Virus record (IMG/VR): IMGVR_UViG_3300026472_000008
Reading direction: 5' to 3' (one strand)
Length of the DNA stretch: 64,000 nucleotides
DNA from: an uncultured virus (IMG/VR IMGVR_UViG_3300026472_000008)
Taxonomy: Duplodnaviria > Heunggongvirae > Uroviricota > Caudoviricetes > Crassvirales
The notes under the pieces were generated by a model. The model was given only the letters and a program-made list of their open reading frames with translations, was not told where the DNA came from and did not search any database. Shown here in pieces: positions 13,401 to 23,470 of the stretch. Positions within the stretch are counted from its first letter, which is position 1; each line of letters starts with the position of its first letter. The translations under genes were made by a program, and so were the position numbers.

Positions 13401-16400
13401 AATATTATAGTGAGAAATCTCATGAACTTTTGTCTAATATTAATACTTTTACTGGAATTAATGGAGAACAGTATAGTATTGACAATCCTGCTTTGTATAA
13501 ACATCTTACTGAACATCCAGAAGATTATCCTCTTCTAGTTAAACTTATTCTTGATAGTAAAACATTTGGAGAACAATTTTATGATATATTTAATCTCAAT
13601 CTTGCTGGTGAAGATGATACAACAGTTAGGGCAATAACTAAAATAAAAGACTCTATTAACAATGTTCGTACAAGTTCTAAACTTAAGAATGCTGTTAATC
13701 TTTTATTCAATGATTATATTGCTAATAATTTTTCTACTAATCCTCTAATTCGTCATGGACTTATTGAACTTAAAACTCAATTTGGAGATACTGATTGGTT
13801 TGATTTAACTTTTAGTGATGTTGGAGAACTTAATCATAAACAAGTTCAAACTGTTACTAAATATGTTTATAGTATTATTAATGAAGCTAATAAATTAATT
13901 GCTCCAGCAGCTGTTAAGAAATTTAATCAACAATATGAAGCTATAGAGAAGTCTACAGGTTCATATGATATTAATAATATTATTGATAGTACTGGTAAAT
14001 TTATTACTCCTTATACTGAGCAGTTTTTAGCTGATAGAGAAAAAGTCGCTTCCGATGTTAAAGTTGCTAAGGAAAATTATGGAGTTGATAGTCTTGAATA
14101 TATTAAAGCTAAATTAGCTAGAGATAAATGGAGAGCTAAAAATGTTCATCAAGATATTGTTTCTACTTATTATAACTCTAATAATAATTTAGTTGAAAAT
14201 ATACTTAATACTGCTCCTAAAGAATATCTTGAATACATGACTTTAATTCATGAAAGATATGGTGACAATAGACCAGTTTATTTATTAACTAAAGATGAGA
14301 AAGATGCTCGTAGATTAATTAATGCTAAAATACGTAATCTAACTTCTGATATTGATCAAAGTGGTGAACTTAAGACTGATGAACAAAGATATCGTGCTGG
14401 TAGACTTAAACATTATATTCAAGCTAAAAAAGCTCTAAATACTGAATATTTTAATTACGATGAAACTGATGGTTTTAAAGATACTTTAGAGTATTATCAA
14501 ACTATTATTAAACAGTATGAAAAGAAACATCCTCTTGAAACTCTTGATCAAAAACTTAATAATCCTAGTTTTAGAGAAGCTTATGAATGGATGCAGGGTA
14601 ATACTATTTATACTCTGGATGAAAGCACTCAAAAGATTATAAGTGATGCTTTTGCTGCTATTAAATCTAAAGATAATCCGGGTTCTAAAGATATTAGTCG
14701 TATACTAAAAGATGCTGATGCTTATGATGAGTTTGGAAATATTGATCCTCGTAAGTTAAGTGCTGATCAAATTGCTAGTATTAAAAAACTAACTGAACAT
14801 AAATTTAGTTGGACTTATGATAGTAATGCTGGAGAAGCTATTTTAATTAAAGATGTTCCATCTGATCTTCCTGTATTATCAGATAAGTTTTATCGTATGC
14901 TTCGTTCTAGTAGTGAAAATGATTCTGGAGTTAATGTTGAACGTATTGCTGTTATTGGTAAAATAAATGCTTTATTAGGAAGAGCTATTGATCGTAATAC
15001 TGGTCATATTAGTTCTAAGGATTTGTTTGAAAAACTTACTGAAGATGAACTTAGTGATTTAGCTTCTTACTACAGAAGATTACATAATATTAAAGGTGAT
15101 CGTAATAATGTAGAACTTGCTAAAAAGTTTAAAGCTAATGTTAATTTTGAAGTAAATGATGCAGCTTTTAATAGAGAATGGGCTTATGCTCAATCTAATC
15201 TTAAAGGTACTAAACAATATGATACTTGGTTGAGTATTTTTATTCAAACAGATAAACAAGGAGTTTATGTTACTGATAATGATGGTAAATTGGTTGCTAA
15301 TAATGATATATTTGGATATATTGTTCCTAAAGATAAAACTTATATAGATGAAGCTAAAACTGCAGCTAGACAAGTTATAGAGAATGATATTGAATATGTT
15401 CCTAATGAATATTATTATGCTGCTATGAGAGAAGTTAGTAATAATGGAACATTTAATGAATGGTATAATGCTAATCATATATTCAATCCTTATTCTCATA
15501 GAATGGAACCTCTTAAGGTTTGGACTACTATGCAAGTTAATCCTAATGGTAAACTAAAAGGAACTTATAGTTATGCTCCTACTTATGAGAATACCGAACG
15601 TACTGTTAAAGATCAATATATAAATGCTAATCATAAACAGTATTCAACTAATTATAATGTTGAAGATGGTTCTTATAATAATAGATCTAAACTTTCTGAT
15701 AAAGAAAGAAATATGTTAGATTTACTACAAGGAACTATTAACGCTTATGCTTCTACTCATAGTATGAGAATGTTTGCAGAACAAGGTTATTTGCCTCGTA
15801 GAGCTAAATATACTCCTGATACTAAATGGTATATTGGTCAAGCGTTTGGTGCTGTAGGTTTAGAATTTAGAAATACTGGTGAACAGCAATGGACTGATTC
15901 TATTGATTATACTAAAGATTTTGATACTGACTTTAATATGATGTCTCTTATTAAACAAAAGGGATATAAAGAAAGACTTAAAGTTGATAGTAAAGGAACA
16001 AGAGAAAGTGATGCAGAATATGCAGCTAGAGTAGAAGATATTCGTAATCAAAATAAAGTTATTGATGCTGATAATCTTAAACTAGATAATGAAATATTAG
16101 ATAGAGATTGGAAAAATGTATTTAATGATTTCATTGGTAAAGCTACTGAATATAATGCTAAACAACGCGCTAAGAACACTGTTTATTTATTACTTGAAGA
16201 TTTAAAGGAAAGTCCTGCTTTTAAAGAAAGTGCTTTTGGTAGAAATCTTAAGAGAGATAATAAAGCTAGTACAAATGAACGTGATGAGTTTCAAACTGTA
16301 AAACAAACTAATACTCATAGTATTGTTGAAAACTGGGCTAGACGTATATTGTTTGATCAGTTTAAAAAAGATAGTCCTTATCGTATATATGCTGATTTAG

Positions 16401-18034
16401 CACAAAATATTACATCTGCTAAATATATGATTGCTAACGTTACAGGTGGTATAGCTAACGTTGCAACTGGTATGACTAACGTATTTGGTGAAGTATTTGC
16501 TAATGATTATTTCGGTAAAGATTCTTTTGTTAAAGGTCAGTCTCAATACTTTACTAATAGTTTAAGTTTTATTGCTGACATGTATAAAGAAACTACTAAT
16601 AATCAATCAGTTGCTATTGCTAAGTTATTTGATATAGTTGATTTTGATGCTTTTACTGAACGTAGACCTAATGAGAAAGCTAGTGAAAATGTTAAGAGAG
16701 TAAGAGATAGTTTATATTCTATGCAAAGCGGTGGTGAACATTATATGCAAAATAGTGTTCTATTTGCTTTACTTAAATCTCATAGAATATTTAAAGATAC
16801 AGATGGTCAAATGAGAGTTGGTAGTATTGCTAATTACAATTGGGAATTAGAAGTACAAACTCTTATGGGATTACTTAATGGAAAAGAAGATCTTCTTATT
16901 AGATATAAATCTTTTCTTAAGGATATTAAATCTGATCTTAATGAACTACGTAAATATGATAGTTTTACTAAAGACTTTAATGAACAGTTTTTAAGAGACG
17001 TTGGAGATAAAACTCTTATTAATGAATATATAGCTGCTCGTAAAGAAGCTTTGTCTAAATCAGAAGAAGAATTTGCTAAAAATCCTACTGCTGAAGAACA
17101 ATTCGAATTAGTAGATGGTCATGCTGTTATTAAAGGTGATAGTTTAATGACTGGTCAAATGTTTGGAGAACTTAGACAAAAGGTTATTTCTATTAATAAG
17201 AAAATACATGGTGTATATGATAAGATAGGTGCTGCTACTATCGAGAAAGAATGGTGGGGAGGTTTAGTTATGCAATATCATAAACATATATACCCAGGTA
17301 TTATGAAACGTTATCGTACTAAAGGTTATTATAATGAACTTAGAAATAGTATGGAGAAAGGTTCATATGTTTCTTTAGCTAATTATCTTGCTGTTGAATT
17401 TAGAGGATTGAAAGGTAGAGTTAATAGTAGAGTTGAAACTGATAATGAGAATATAGCTCTTGCTTCATTCCAAGAAGTTATTAAATCTGCTATTGATACT
17501 GTACTTAATCTTAAACTTAATTATAATTTAATGCCTGTTTGGGAACAGAATAATCTTAAACGAGCTTTAGGTGATCTTATGGGAATTGGTTCTGCTTTCT
17601 TACTTGCTATTGGTATTCATTTAATGACTGACGATGATGAGATTAAAGAAAGTGAATTATTATCTACTGCTTTATATATGGCAGATAGACTTAATTCAGA
17701 GTCTGCAATGTATACTCCTATGGGATTATTTGCTGAGGCTGGTACCTTGTGGAGTTCTCCTATTGCTGCTCAGAACGGACCTAAAGATTTAATTAAAGGT
17801 TTAGGTATTGCTACTGGAATGTTATTCGATAGTGAATATAATCCTAATTATACTACTGGTCTTTATAAAGGTCAAAATAAACTTGCAGTACTTCTTTATA
17901 GAAATACTCCTATTTATAGAGTTTATCAAAGACTTAGTAATATGACTAAGAATAATAATTACTATAAGATTAATGAGAATGCTCTTAATATTAAATTTGC
18001 TAAGGGTATTGCTGATTATGTCGATAGTGAATAA
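4433..18034 (+). CDS. Giant virion-packaged RNA polymerase polyprotein (crAss-like), 4533 aa
   Basis: GYRIPTEGKQS followed by TGSDFDVDS (DxDxD, nt 9470-9484), typical of the crAss-like double-psi-beta-barrel RNAP. Size and position fit. Confidence 0.88.
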   Translation: MSCTKYGFTIPGDVNDRLAASVNAVAGADYTKAQVLVGYLGSEDFARYVEADQETRDYLSINANTLRRLLGSFFVSRHRDITNTINKKNADTLNGFTSAKAKTIAKDHTANLIIESYYEELNKPKTDRRAKDAILRDISKGINNNFNSKVVIPLIKRLQVENTNKEALGIIEKASAINAEIKALNKQRTDIVRQYNESDDIAEKTILNTTIDALGSTLNIKDSERYVVFKNLVDRFGNVREKNYSSLTSQVRGNSIEWFNNVFTTSKLINLVDDFSVTLENDKLIERNYADETGIVNLDSDSVDEMAKSWEDTLYGSFDRHVGTKLKVYLNRLYRLSSPTPKGSSEYQFDDNNELGVPMTIGANFVIAQVSNYATFNSVDDFINSVSKVSQINPNLYGLSKMVNDMIADREFANYIFQQLANPKIAKTIVTIADNGISFDHSNRSADVLSHLVFNMINSIKATYKNSFSTNDRETIKSILLSLNNVKDNNVFFNGETIKGINTFIENTLTKYFPKIDRKSIYDYLGSNPSDAVNIYKGVLQDISGLMSSVEDVVDDYNSKWGNYLTQYGSWASKKRIADDAGEIYGTPMPVFDYSSVNYSKLDAPIINLSKKLINYTAVKNELNSVNAEGNLASDLIGNNYITNFIKQIQFGSPEDINKGLNNLKDFILKSPQYKYSPFYFGVKDSNGNTISQGLFNRDSSGKVSVNPNAKDMINISLFDGAKDRSNAKSTMYSGMSKGDYFLTQLVAFNTPIKYVTNTGNVGPTAGYFMRTPSDAPKNFIVQTTKYSIDGLWQVVNESRTKYINEVQRELAAKHTFTSEGELIGETDDFITNTSSKAKNNIITAEEMYSLLSDEIDNKNYNSLYNVYDNSTNKVLIPMRYQKGETNLIVWLEGDKVVGSINNIAENIKVREVYNPIENEILPADLLIDIADQLTNDGVNSNRIDRVIDKNNVAFRAIQSHLLGEVNNYVNNLNNVFEKNNGKWTTKDNTLNLIDRAHYNGGEIVKDGVLTGNLFKFIRLFETNGYNPNSEVIQALSLYRQGNANSTDNLFTVNRNGKLTINANRTDIINTKSGRIEFSISNENVEKLNTIVENWLNNYYNEVITRTEQYNTILEDRYSTNDIVDYAINNAIMEMNFDDVFEGDTKFYKSAQDFLKRAKEVQAAGKAYAGFDINLPIGGVVKDVLDANGIASPIMIGDINIGNARNGFKAVTIENTVRPAQNAGEIKQELIDILTPQVGKTEATRIATEISAGYFDSTKVNDAQSYITLEEFARRRYADGTLNEYQSLLSQLMDDKINIEDIDLKGVNVRVQVQKNFYFDKQFDENTGTYYPRQIKNAEFVLIPKLIKGTDLEKLYDVMKANGIDQVNTSETSKAAKKNILTFWDNNGVSNVDAFNQAVKANNGIAIEDYYYQYLYKQQDVADHMVDEKNKAGIQVMKKIIDNANAEVQGDINNFFNNYVANIKDDFNMLLTRMGWKVGENGELQDVSGKLDGNGRPLLQFNDFYKKARVEAQRLGMDSNFMEYLTPDEFGQPTMPNYMNNVSSKLESIAQSIFNNGVTRQTLPGWHAAQVTGVGHGTKVLGEDGVFRELKYHPKVTDGNDNTVQESYTEIMIPRWSKLIPKDYDINKLATEGLDIHLGYRIPTEGKQSISNMKVVGFLDEIYGSTVMLADPWVTQTGSDFDVDSVYAISFEMYKDKDGTIKKIKLDTTNEEKDIQRRYVNYVNSTIEEKVDRDQLDDEFVNNEINKVRNDLKDLNKRRRDSTTFNQIIAEEKAIYNQLPVEIQEQIKTVNRAFANGDIVEKYNYIANAFYNLADQQETPEAKDLLEQFANYNETLANIINLSRETRESEPQQIKSAVSEKLKEIYEKNRLDYLDKVEKAAKKVGIVSYAEFAKWSIIEQNNRKARNNDILNSMINIMNNTNSREENYSRSNFDDLTNAMKKMNNLRGASALARSTYNPLDQIDFMENAMSGATLKAFSVTRDTFNSVNNYIKSTLSGEHTIFVEYDLNQYDLKQIQNAYDGVQVDQKNNFAIVNHNRLANSKNNRNVVGKILTVYSSQTTAHILDAVKEGTIFNENDYTFGTFKTLVDLGIDYDTAVGFLMQPGVTRIVDAYFQTKSIYINSSSIPVNTAIKSIATELGITIGGRAIDAYTPIKLVIQQISGNRNMQMAFRELFNTNISYANTFDGLKVNLNGRMLQNRLKQAEITNNSELRTDTKRYRDYAFDLAMIVNFDKYRRTARNIESIARVSNPDRFGAKQTIRSTRNTLNNIIKYSNDPNDIVGNTIMVGDSNIIQRLYPGIGTNQGIDIETSGYPYLAAFLKYATMPSVEANSQLFPTESLSYTNVTDTVQRRLGVNFTDEQYKEYKQYMMSSVYSGVQFLTSPLTLNDYGLVTLDNKTIQDQMESDELYWDSERGRIFGYDTTQSSSLEIADINNPTIEDIYNFNQLTPAQKVMWIQRNFNENRGVFDFLDVNTFNQYEFKNKGFTSQTIKYSDQIDDVEEIFVSFRDSFFNKNPLVRLASIDLIKYAFVVEGFKFKKGSISKIITNDAMYSNLEDKGMNIIEAVQQQFAVYNNPFEQATLKAIDKFVRSHSEIVKEVSIPKGKKDKQGNDNIGLKLTKQLSGDNVIYIPFQESTKELLEHISIKEDSPLDYIRLTKYISDNRKRTTLYKIKNDGRGVYLLPLNLLERNETSDYSANPKNNIYRAFEYYDTISNMASEANTTINELLKQPDTMAEIDILQNQFTIDKHQTKHVIETLENRDEINRILQYGSNVEKAETAKFVKDINDYFALPVEEQQSYGVVRNDNRFINSLVPTATFIIQNIPNGEEIITIKISKYTKNNGLSKQFRYVLSDDKRGDITKVKPEELSALQNSIDAKSVRPTLYKIERVTSEQERQDYEQLKAEIEKENADRMDAVTNLIEDFDVDVAYNFTDIDKVAKDIFNELNKRALSNDDKRASKFKKGMDVAGIDRMSADSIHNNKKNIYTSAAKYYSEKSHELLSNINTFTGINGEQYSIDNPALYKHLTEHPEDYPLLVKLILDSKTFGEQFYDIFNLNLAGEDDTTVRAITKIKDSINNVRTSSKLKNAVNLLFNDYIANNFSTNPLIRHGLIELKTQFGDTDWFDLTFSDVGELNHKQVQTVTKYVYSIINEANKLIAPAAVKKFNQQYEAIEKSTGSYDINNIIDSTGKFITPYTEQFLADREKVASDVKVAKENYGVDSLEYIKAKLARDKWRAKNVHQDIVSTYYNSNNNLVENILNTAPKEYLEYMTLIHERYGDNRPVYLLTKDEKDARRLINAKIRNLTSDIDQSGELKTDEQRYRAGRLKHYIQAKKALNTEYFNYDETDGFKDTLEYYQTIIKQYEKKHPLETLDQKLNNPSFREAYEWMQGNTIYTLDESTQKIISDAFAAIKSKDNPGSKDISRILKDADAYDEFGNIDPRKLSADQIASIKKLTEHKFSWTYDSNAGEAILIKDVPSDLPVLSDKFYRMLRSSSENDSGVNVERIAVIGKINALLGRAIDRNTGHISSKDLFEKLTEDELSDLASYYRRLHNIKGDRNNVELAKKFKANVNFEVNDAAFNREWAYAQSNLKGTKQYDTWLSIFIQTDKQGVYVTDNDGKLVANNDIFGYIVPKDKTYIDEAKTAARQVIENDIEYVPNEYYYAAMREVSNNGTFNEWYNANHIFNPYSHRMEPLKVWTTMQVNPNGKLKGTYSYAPTYENTERTVKDQYINANHKQYSTNYNVEDGSYNNRSKLSDKERNMLDLLQGTINAYASTHSMRMFAEQGYLPRRAKYTPDTKWYIGQAFGAVGLEFRNTGEQQWTDSIDYTKDFDTDFNMMSLIKQKGYKERLKVDSKGTRESDAEYAARVEDIRNQNKVIDADNLKLDNEILDRDWKNVFNDFIGKATEYNAKQRAKNTVYLLLEDLKESPAFKESAFGRNLKRDNKASTNERDEFQTVKQTNTHSIVENWARRILFDQFKKDSPYRIYADLAQNITSAKYMIANVTGGIANVATGMTNVFGEVFANDYFGKDSFVKGQSQYFTNSLSFIADMYKETTNNQSVAIAKLFDIVDFDAFTERRPNEKASENVKRVRDSLYSMQSGGEHYMQNSVLFALLKSHRIFKDTDGQMRVGSIANYNWELEVQTLMGLLNGKEDLLIRYKSFLKDIKSDLNELRKYDSFTKDFNEQFLRDVGDKTLINEYIAARKEALSKSEEEFAKNPTAEEQFELVDGHAVIKGDSLMTGQMFGELRQKVISINKKIHGVYDKIGAATIEKEWWGGLVMQYHKHIYPGIMKRYRTKGYYNELRNSMEKGSYVSLANYLAVEFRGLKGRVNSRVETDNENIALASFQEVIKSAIDTVLNLKLNYNLMPVWEQNNLKRALGDLMGIGSAFLLAIGIHLMTDDDEIKESELLSTALYMADRLNSESAMYTPMGLFAEAGTLWSSPIAAQNGPKDLIKGLGIATGMLFDSEYNPNYTTGLYKGQNKLAVLLYRNTPIYRVYQRLSNMTKNNNYYKINENALNIKFAKGIADYVDSE
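7541..7557 (+). repeat. Dispersed motif copy 3
   Basis: TCCCTCTACAGGCAAGG. Confidence 0.95.
12801..12818 (-). repeat. Dispersed motif copy 4
   Basis: rc GTTCCTCTACAGGCAAGG. Confidence 0.95.
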
Positions 18035-18046
18035 TTAAATTAAATT

Positions 18047-19728
<1,682 letters not shown>

Positions 19729-19760
19729 GTGATACAGTAAGCTAGTTAGTAAAGATAAAA

Positions 19761-19804
19761 AAAAGGCCAATAAACAAGAACTTAATCTTGCTTATTGGCC
19801 TTTT
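19761..19804. terminator. Bidirectional terminator 1 at the convergent junction
   Basis: AAAAGGCCAATAAACAAG...CTTGCTTATTGGCCTTTT. Confidence 0.85.
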
Positions 19805-19820
19805 GTTGTTTATACCATAA

Positions 19821-19852
19821 AAAAGGCTAATGATATTACTCATTAGCCTTTT
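19821..19852. terminator. Bidirectional terminator 2 at the convergent junction
   Basis: AAAAGGCTAATGA-TATTAC-TCATTAGCCTTTT. Confidence 0.85.
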
Positions 19853-19935
19853 GTTGTTTGTAGTGATATTGTTAACGTTCCCGATTGCTAACTATATCAT
19901 TGTAGTAATATTCAATCTAAAAGTATTTTGCAGCT

Positions 19936-20358
19936 CTATGAGCCATTATTTTGTTTTCTCCGGCCATTAGACCGTTTATTAGGTTGAGTGTCTGAAACAG
20001 GCTTAAATGAGGTCGTTTCCGATGCTTTAGTAATAGCACCAATAGCAGTAATAGCTTTATTACTATAAAGTTCCAGATTACCACTAATATCTTTAACAAC
20101 ATCGCCAATAGATATTTGTCTCGAATCTAAAACATTTAATTTAGCAAAAGCACTTTGAAAATTAGAACTAATAAGTTCTTTTAATTCAGTAACATTATAG
20201 TTAAATCTTTCAACAGATTTAGTAGCATTATCTAAAGCCTCAATATTCTTCTTTTGAAGCTTATGAATAGCAAATAATAATGGCAAGACAATTAGTAATA
20301 GGACAATCACTATAAACACTCCTAGAGTGACTATTAGTTGTATATAATCTGTAAGCAT
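19936..20358 (-). CDS. Membrane-anchored coiled-coil protein, function unknown
   Basis: N-terminal hydrophobic helix followed by a heptad-like region. Confidence 0.55.
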   Translation of the reverse strand: MLTDYIQLIVTLGVFIVIVLLLIVLPLLFAIHKLQKKNIEALDNATKSVERFNYNVTELKELISSNFQSAFAKLNVLDSRQISIGDVVKDISGNLELYSNKAITAIGAITKASETTSFKPVSDTQPNKRSNGRRKQNNGS

Positions 20359-20374
20359 GAGTTTTATCTGATTG

Positions 20375-20392
20375 GTTCCTCTACAGGCAAGG
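20375..20392 (+). repeat. Dispersed motif copy 5 (intergenic)
   Basis: GTTCCTCTACAGGCAAGG. Confidence 0.95.
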
Positions 20393-20425
20393 GGATATAA
20401 TCTTAATAGATCAACACCGTTTTAT

Positions 20426-20438
20426 CTTGCCTGTAGGG
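20426..20438 (-). repeat. Dispersed motif copy 6 (short variant, intergenic)
   Basis: rc CCCTACAGGCAAG. Confidence 0.8.
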
Positions 20439-20455
20439 TAATCACCATTATATAA

Positions 20456-20947
20456 TTATTGACTACTTTTTCTAGTAAGACCAAACTTAGCCCATTGAAG
20501 AACAAAACCAAGATGACCCCAAAGCTTATCAATAATAGCTTTTCTAGCATAAGTATCACCAATTTCTTGATTATAATTAGCAGGATCAACACAAGGAGAA
20601 CTTCCAAGCATATCAAAACCTGTAAGAGTAGTATCCATTAAAACAGTGGTTTTCTCACCCATTTTAATACCAGCTCCTTTAACTAAGAAACCATTAACAT
20701 CTTCTTCAGTAATACGATTGTCAGTAGCAATTTCAAAGTATGAACTTTCATGAACTTCTTTAGGTGACCAAGAAATATAGTTTTCATGTTTAGGATGGTT
20801 AGCATTACCTTGTCCTAAATATTCAACTAAATAACCTTCTCTATTAGGATCTTGATCTTTAGGAATATCCCAACCTTGATAGTTATTATATTCACCTAAT
20901 GTCATTGCTATAGCAGCAATCATTTTAACACCAATATAAGTTTTCAT
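20456..20947 (-). CDS. N4 Gp49/Sf6 Gp66-family protein with an extra N-terminal phage domain (candidate nucleotide sponge)
   Basis: C-terminal GFDMLGSSPCVDPANYNQEIG...LWGHLGFVL; N-terminal YIGVK...EGYLVEY...YISWSPKEV. Confidence 0.75.
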   Translation of the reverse strand: MKTYIGVKMIAAIAMTLGEYNNYQGWDIPKDQDPNREGYLVEYLGQGNANHPKHENYISWSPKEVHESSYFEIATDNRITEEDVNGFLVKGAGIKMGEKTTVLMDTTLTGFDMLGSSPCVDPANYNQEIGDTYARKAIIDKLWGHLGFVLQWAKFGLTRKSSQ

Positions 20948-20949
20948 TC

Positions 20950-21273
20950 TTAACCTAGATTAATAATACTAACAAAATGCTTTAATTTAACAGCTGCAGC
21001 AGTGGCAGTTTCTTTATGATGCTTATTAATATTAGGATCACCAGCAATATTAGATAAACAATAAAGTAATTTAGTAATATCATCAGCAGCAACAGTCTTA
21101 GGTAATTCATCTTTAGAAATAACTTCTTCATCCCAAGATATTTCTTCTGTATCATGAGAAGTTCCCATTAATTCTTTAGGAATAGACATTCCATCATTAG
21201 TTATGGCTTCATAATCAACAAAATATTTATCATCTACTTTAGTAACTAATTTTGCTTTTCTTGTAACTTTCAT
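20950..21273 (-). CDS. Hypothetical protein
   Basis: Tightly packed ORF in the minus-strand operon. Confidence 0.6.
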   Translation of the reverse strand: MKVTRKAKLVTKVDDKYFVDYEAITNDGMSIPKELMGTSHDTEEISWDEEVISKDELPKTVAADDITKLLYCLSNIAGDPNINKHHKETATAAAVKLKHFVSIINLG

Positions 21274-22398
21274 TTAATTTTGTTTTTGTTTTTCAGTTTC
21301 AATAATATGACGATAAGGAATAAAACCTCTAAAATTACGACACCAACCTAAAGACTTATTACTTTCTATAACAGGTATAGGTCCAGAACCAATAACATCT
21401 TTATATAAAGCAGAACCTTTAACATTAGTAGCATATTCTATAGAATTCATACATAAAGCACAATGTTCCATAGGAGAACTATGAGGTGGTTGTTGAGCAA
21501 CAAGATTATCATGAAGTTCTACTTGTTTCTCAATACTAACTTCTTTTTCTTCACCTACAATAGTATATGAAGTACGAGCAGCCATAGAAGTAGAAATTTT
21601 AACTTTAGTTTCAATAACCCATCTAAGAGCATCTTCAAATTCAGATGAGACAATACCTCCATGATCAGGATAAAAATAAGGAGACAGTTTATATAATGTC
21701 TTTCCATTTCTATCAATAATCTTTTCAAAAGGAATATGCCAATCTCCAGCTTTAAGTTGTTTAGGAGTAGACTCATTAAAAGCATCCCAAATACATTCAG
21801 CTAAAGCCATCATATGTATTTCAGCAGCACCTGTATTAAGTTTAAGACGATCTATAATGGATGCATCTTTAGCCGCAGGATAATCAACAATAGCATCTTT
21901 CCAAGATTTATAAACTTTATGATCATCGCCACTATGTAATTTATAACTAGGACAACGAAGATTAAAGAAATTATCCCAACCTTGTTCAAGACTACCGGTA
22001 ATAAGCATAGTAGTCCACATGAAAGGTTCAAGTAGACGATTAGCGAGTTGTTTAGTAACTTTACAATTCTCATTCATAATAGAAGCATACTTAACAGCAT
22101 TGTGTTTAGCGCCAATCCACTCATCATGAGCATAAGCTACATCTATAGGAGCAGTAAGATATTCGGTACCTTGCATTCCTTTATGATCTATTTGCCAAGC
22201 TATAGGTATAAAAGGATTAGTATTAACAGATTCAACCATCTTCTTAAAAGGAATAGCTCGACTACTAGCAGTATTCTTAGAAAGCATTCTATGAGTATTA
22301 ACTTCAGCTAGTATAATACGTGGGAATGTACATAGTAAAGAAACAAGTCGATCTCCATTAGGAGAAAGACTATCGGCAACTATTTGTGCCTTAATCAT
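21274..22398 (-). CDS. thyX: FAD-dependent thymidylate synthase (ThyX/Thy1 family)
   Basis: RIILAEVNTHRMLSKNTASSRAIP, KQLANRLLEPF, HSSPMEH. Confidence 0.85.
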   Translation of the reverse strand: MIKAQIVADSLSPNGDRLVSLLCTFPRIILAEVNTHRMLSKNTASSRAIPFKKMVESVNTNPFIPIAWQIDHKGMQGTEYLTAPIDVAYAHDEWIGAKHNAVKYASIMNENCKVTKQLANRLLEPFMWTTMLITGSLEQGWDNFFNLRCPSYKLHSGDDHKVYKSWKDAIVDYPAAKDASIIDRLKLNTGAAEIHMMALAECIWDAFNESTPKQLKAGDWHIPFEKIIDRNGKTLYKLSPYFYPDHGGIVSSEFEDALRWVIETKVKISTSMAARTSYTIVGEEKEVSIEKQVELHDNLVAQQPPHSSPMEHCALCMNSIEYATNVKGSALYKDVIGSGPIPVIESNKSLGWCRNFRGFIPYRHIIETEKQKQN

Positions 22399-22732
22399 TG
22401 GTAATTTTAAAAAGTTCCCAATCAGTAGCTAACATATCAGTTTGACTAGCAAGCCAACCATTAACAATACTGTTATCAGCAGCTTTCATACAAAGATATG
22501 GAGTAAAACTTATAAGATTTTTACCTTTTTGTTCTTCCTCTTTAGTATGAGCAAATTGTGCAACAAAGTAATCTTTAACTACCTGAGGTAAAGATTTAAT
22601 ATTATGTATCACAACATCTACAGGTATAGCATCAGCTGGACGCATAAAAACAAACATACCTTTACCGTTCCAACCAGAACGAGCAACAGCTTGTCCTTCT
22701 TTTATAGCTTCAATAGCTTCTCCGAAATTCAT
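22391..22732 (-). CDS. DUF2829 / Tad2-like anti-Thoeris sponge family protein
   Basis: MNFGEAIEAIKEG..VARSGWNGKGMFV...GWLASQTDMLATDWE. Confidence 0.85.
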   Translation of the reverse strand: MNFGEAIEAIKEGQAVARSGWNGKGMFVFMRPADAIPVDVVIHNIKSLPQVVKDYFVAQFAHTKEEEQKGKNLISFTPYLCMKAADNSIVNGWLASQTDMLATDWELFKITND

Positions 22733-22741
22733 ATTATTATA

Positions 22742-22993
22742 TTATTTACAATTAACAATTTTAGTTTCATTATTTTGAACTGGAGGTGTACTCCAAAAGT
22801 ATTGAGGATTTCCATAACTAACATAATGTTCTCCTTCTACCCATCCTTTATTATTATCAGCATCTTCTTGAGATTCAAATATAGCATTTCTATAATCATG
22901 AATAATTTCACCACATATTATACAACGTTGAACTCTTTCAACTTCATCATATTCAGCAAGAATATGTTTAACATAGATAGCACTAAGTTCCAT
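22742..22993 (-). CDS. Small hypothetical protein with CxxC
   Basis: RCIICGE; operon packing. Confidence 0.55.
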   Translation of the reverse strand: MELSAIYVKHILAEYDEVERVQRCIICGEIIHDYRNAIFESQEDADNNKGWVEGEHYVSYGNPQYFWSTPPVQNNETKIVNCK

Positions 22994-23202
22994 TATATTT
23001 CCTCCGAATTATAATGTCCTTTAATGTTATGATGATAATAACTACCAACAGAACTAGAAGCTAACATTTCATCAAATACTTCTTTAGGAACAGCAGAATA
23101 TTGATAAACTCTATTATTCTTAAACTTAATAATAAGAGTATTATCTTCCCATCCAATATAACTAATATTGGATGAGGTTACAGGATGCATTGGAACTGAC
23201 AT
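22993..23202 (-). CDS. KTSC-domain protein
   Basis: SSNISYIGW...LIIKFKNNRVYQYSAVPKEVFDEML.SSSVGSYYHHNIKG. Confidence 0.88.
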   Translation of the reverse strand: MSVPMHPVTSSNISYIGWEDNTLIIKFKNNRVYQYSAVPKEVFDEMLASSSVGSYYHHNIKGHYNSEEI

Positions 23203-23203
23203 A

Positions 23204-23470
23204 TTAGTCTACAATTACCCAATCTTCAGCAAGAATATCATTAATACTAGGAACCCAAGTACTAACAGTACCATTTACATTTTTAATAGCTAGATAAGCA
23301 TTATAATCAACAATATCACCAAATTCTTCTTTAGCTATTTTTGTTGCAGCAGGATAAGAAGATGCTGGTACATAATATACAAACATATTCTTACCATTCC
23401 AACCTTTTCTAGCTATTTTAGCACCGTGTATAACAGCATCTAAAATAATACTAAAATTATATTCGTTCAT
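23204..23470 (-). CDS. Second DUF2829 / Tad2-like protein
   Basis: GAKIARKGWNGKNMFV...WVPSINDILAEDW. Confidence 0.85.
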   Translation of the reverse strand: MNEYNFSIILDAVIHGAKIARKGWNGKNMFVYYVPASSYPAATKIAKEEFGDIVDYNAYLAIKNVNGTVSTWVPSINDILAEDWVIVD

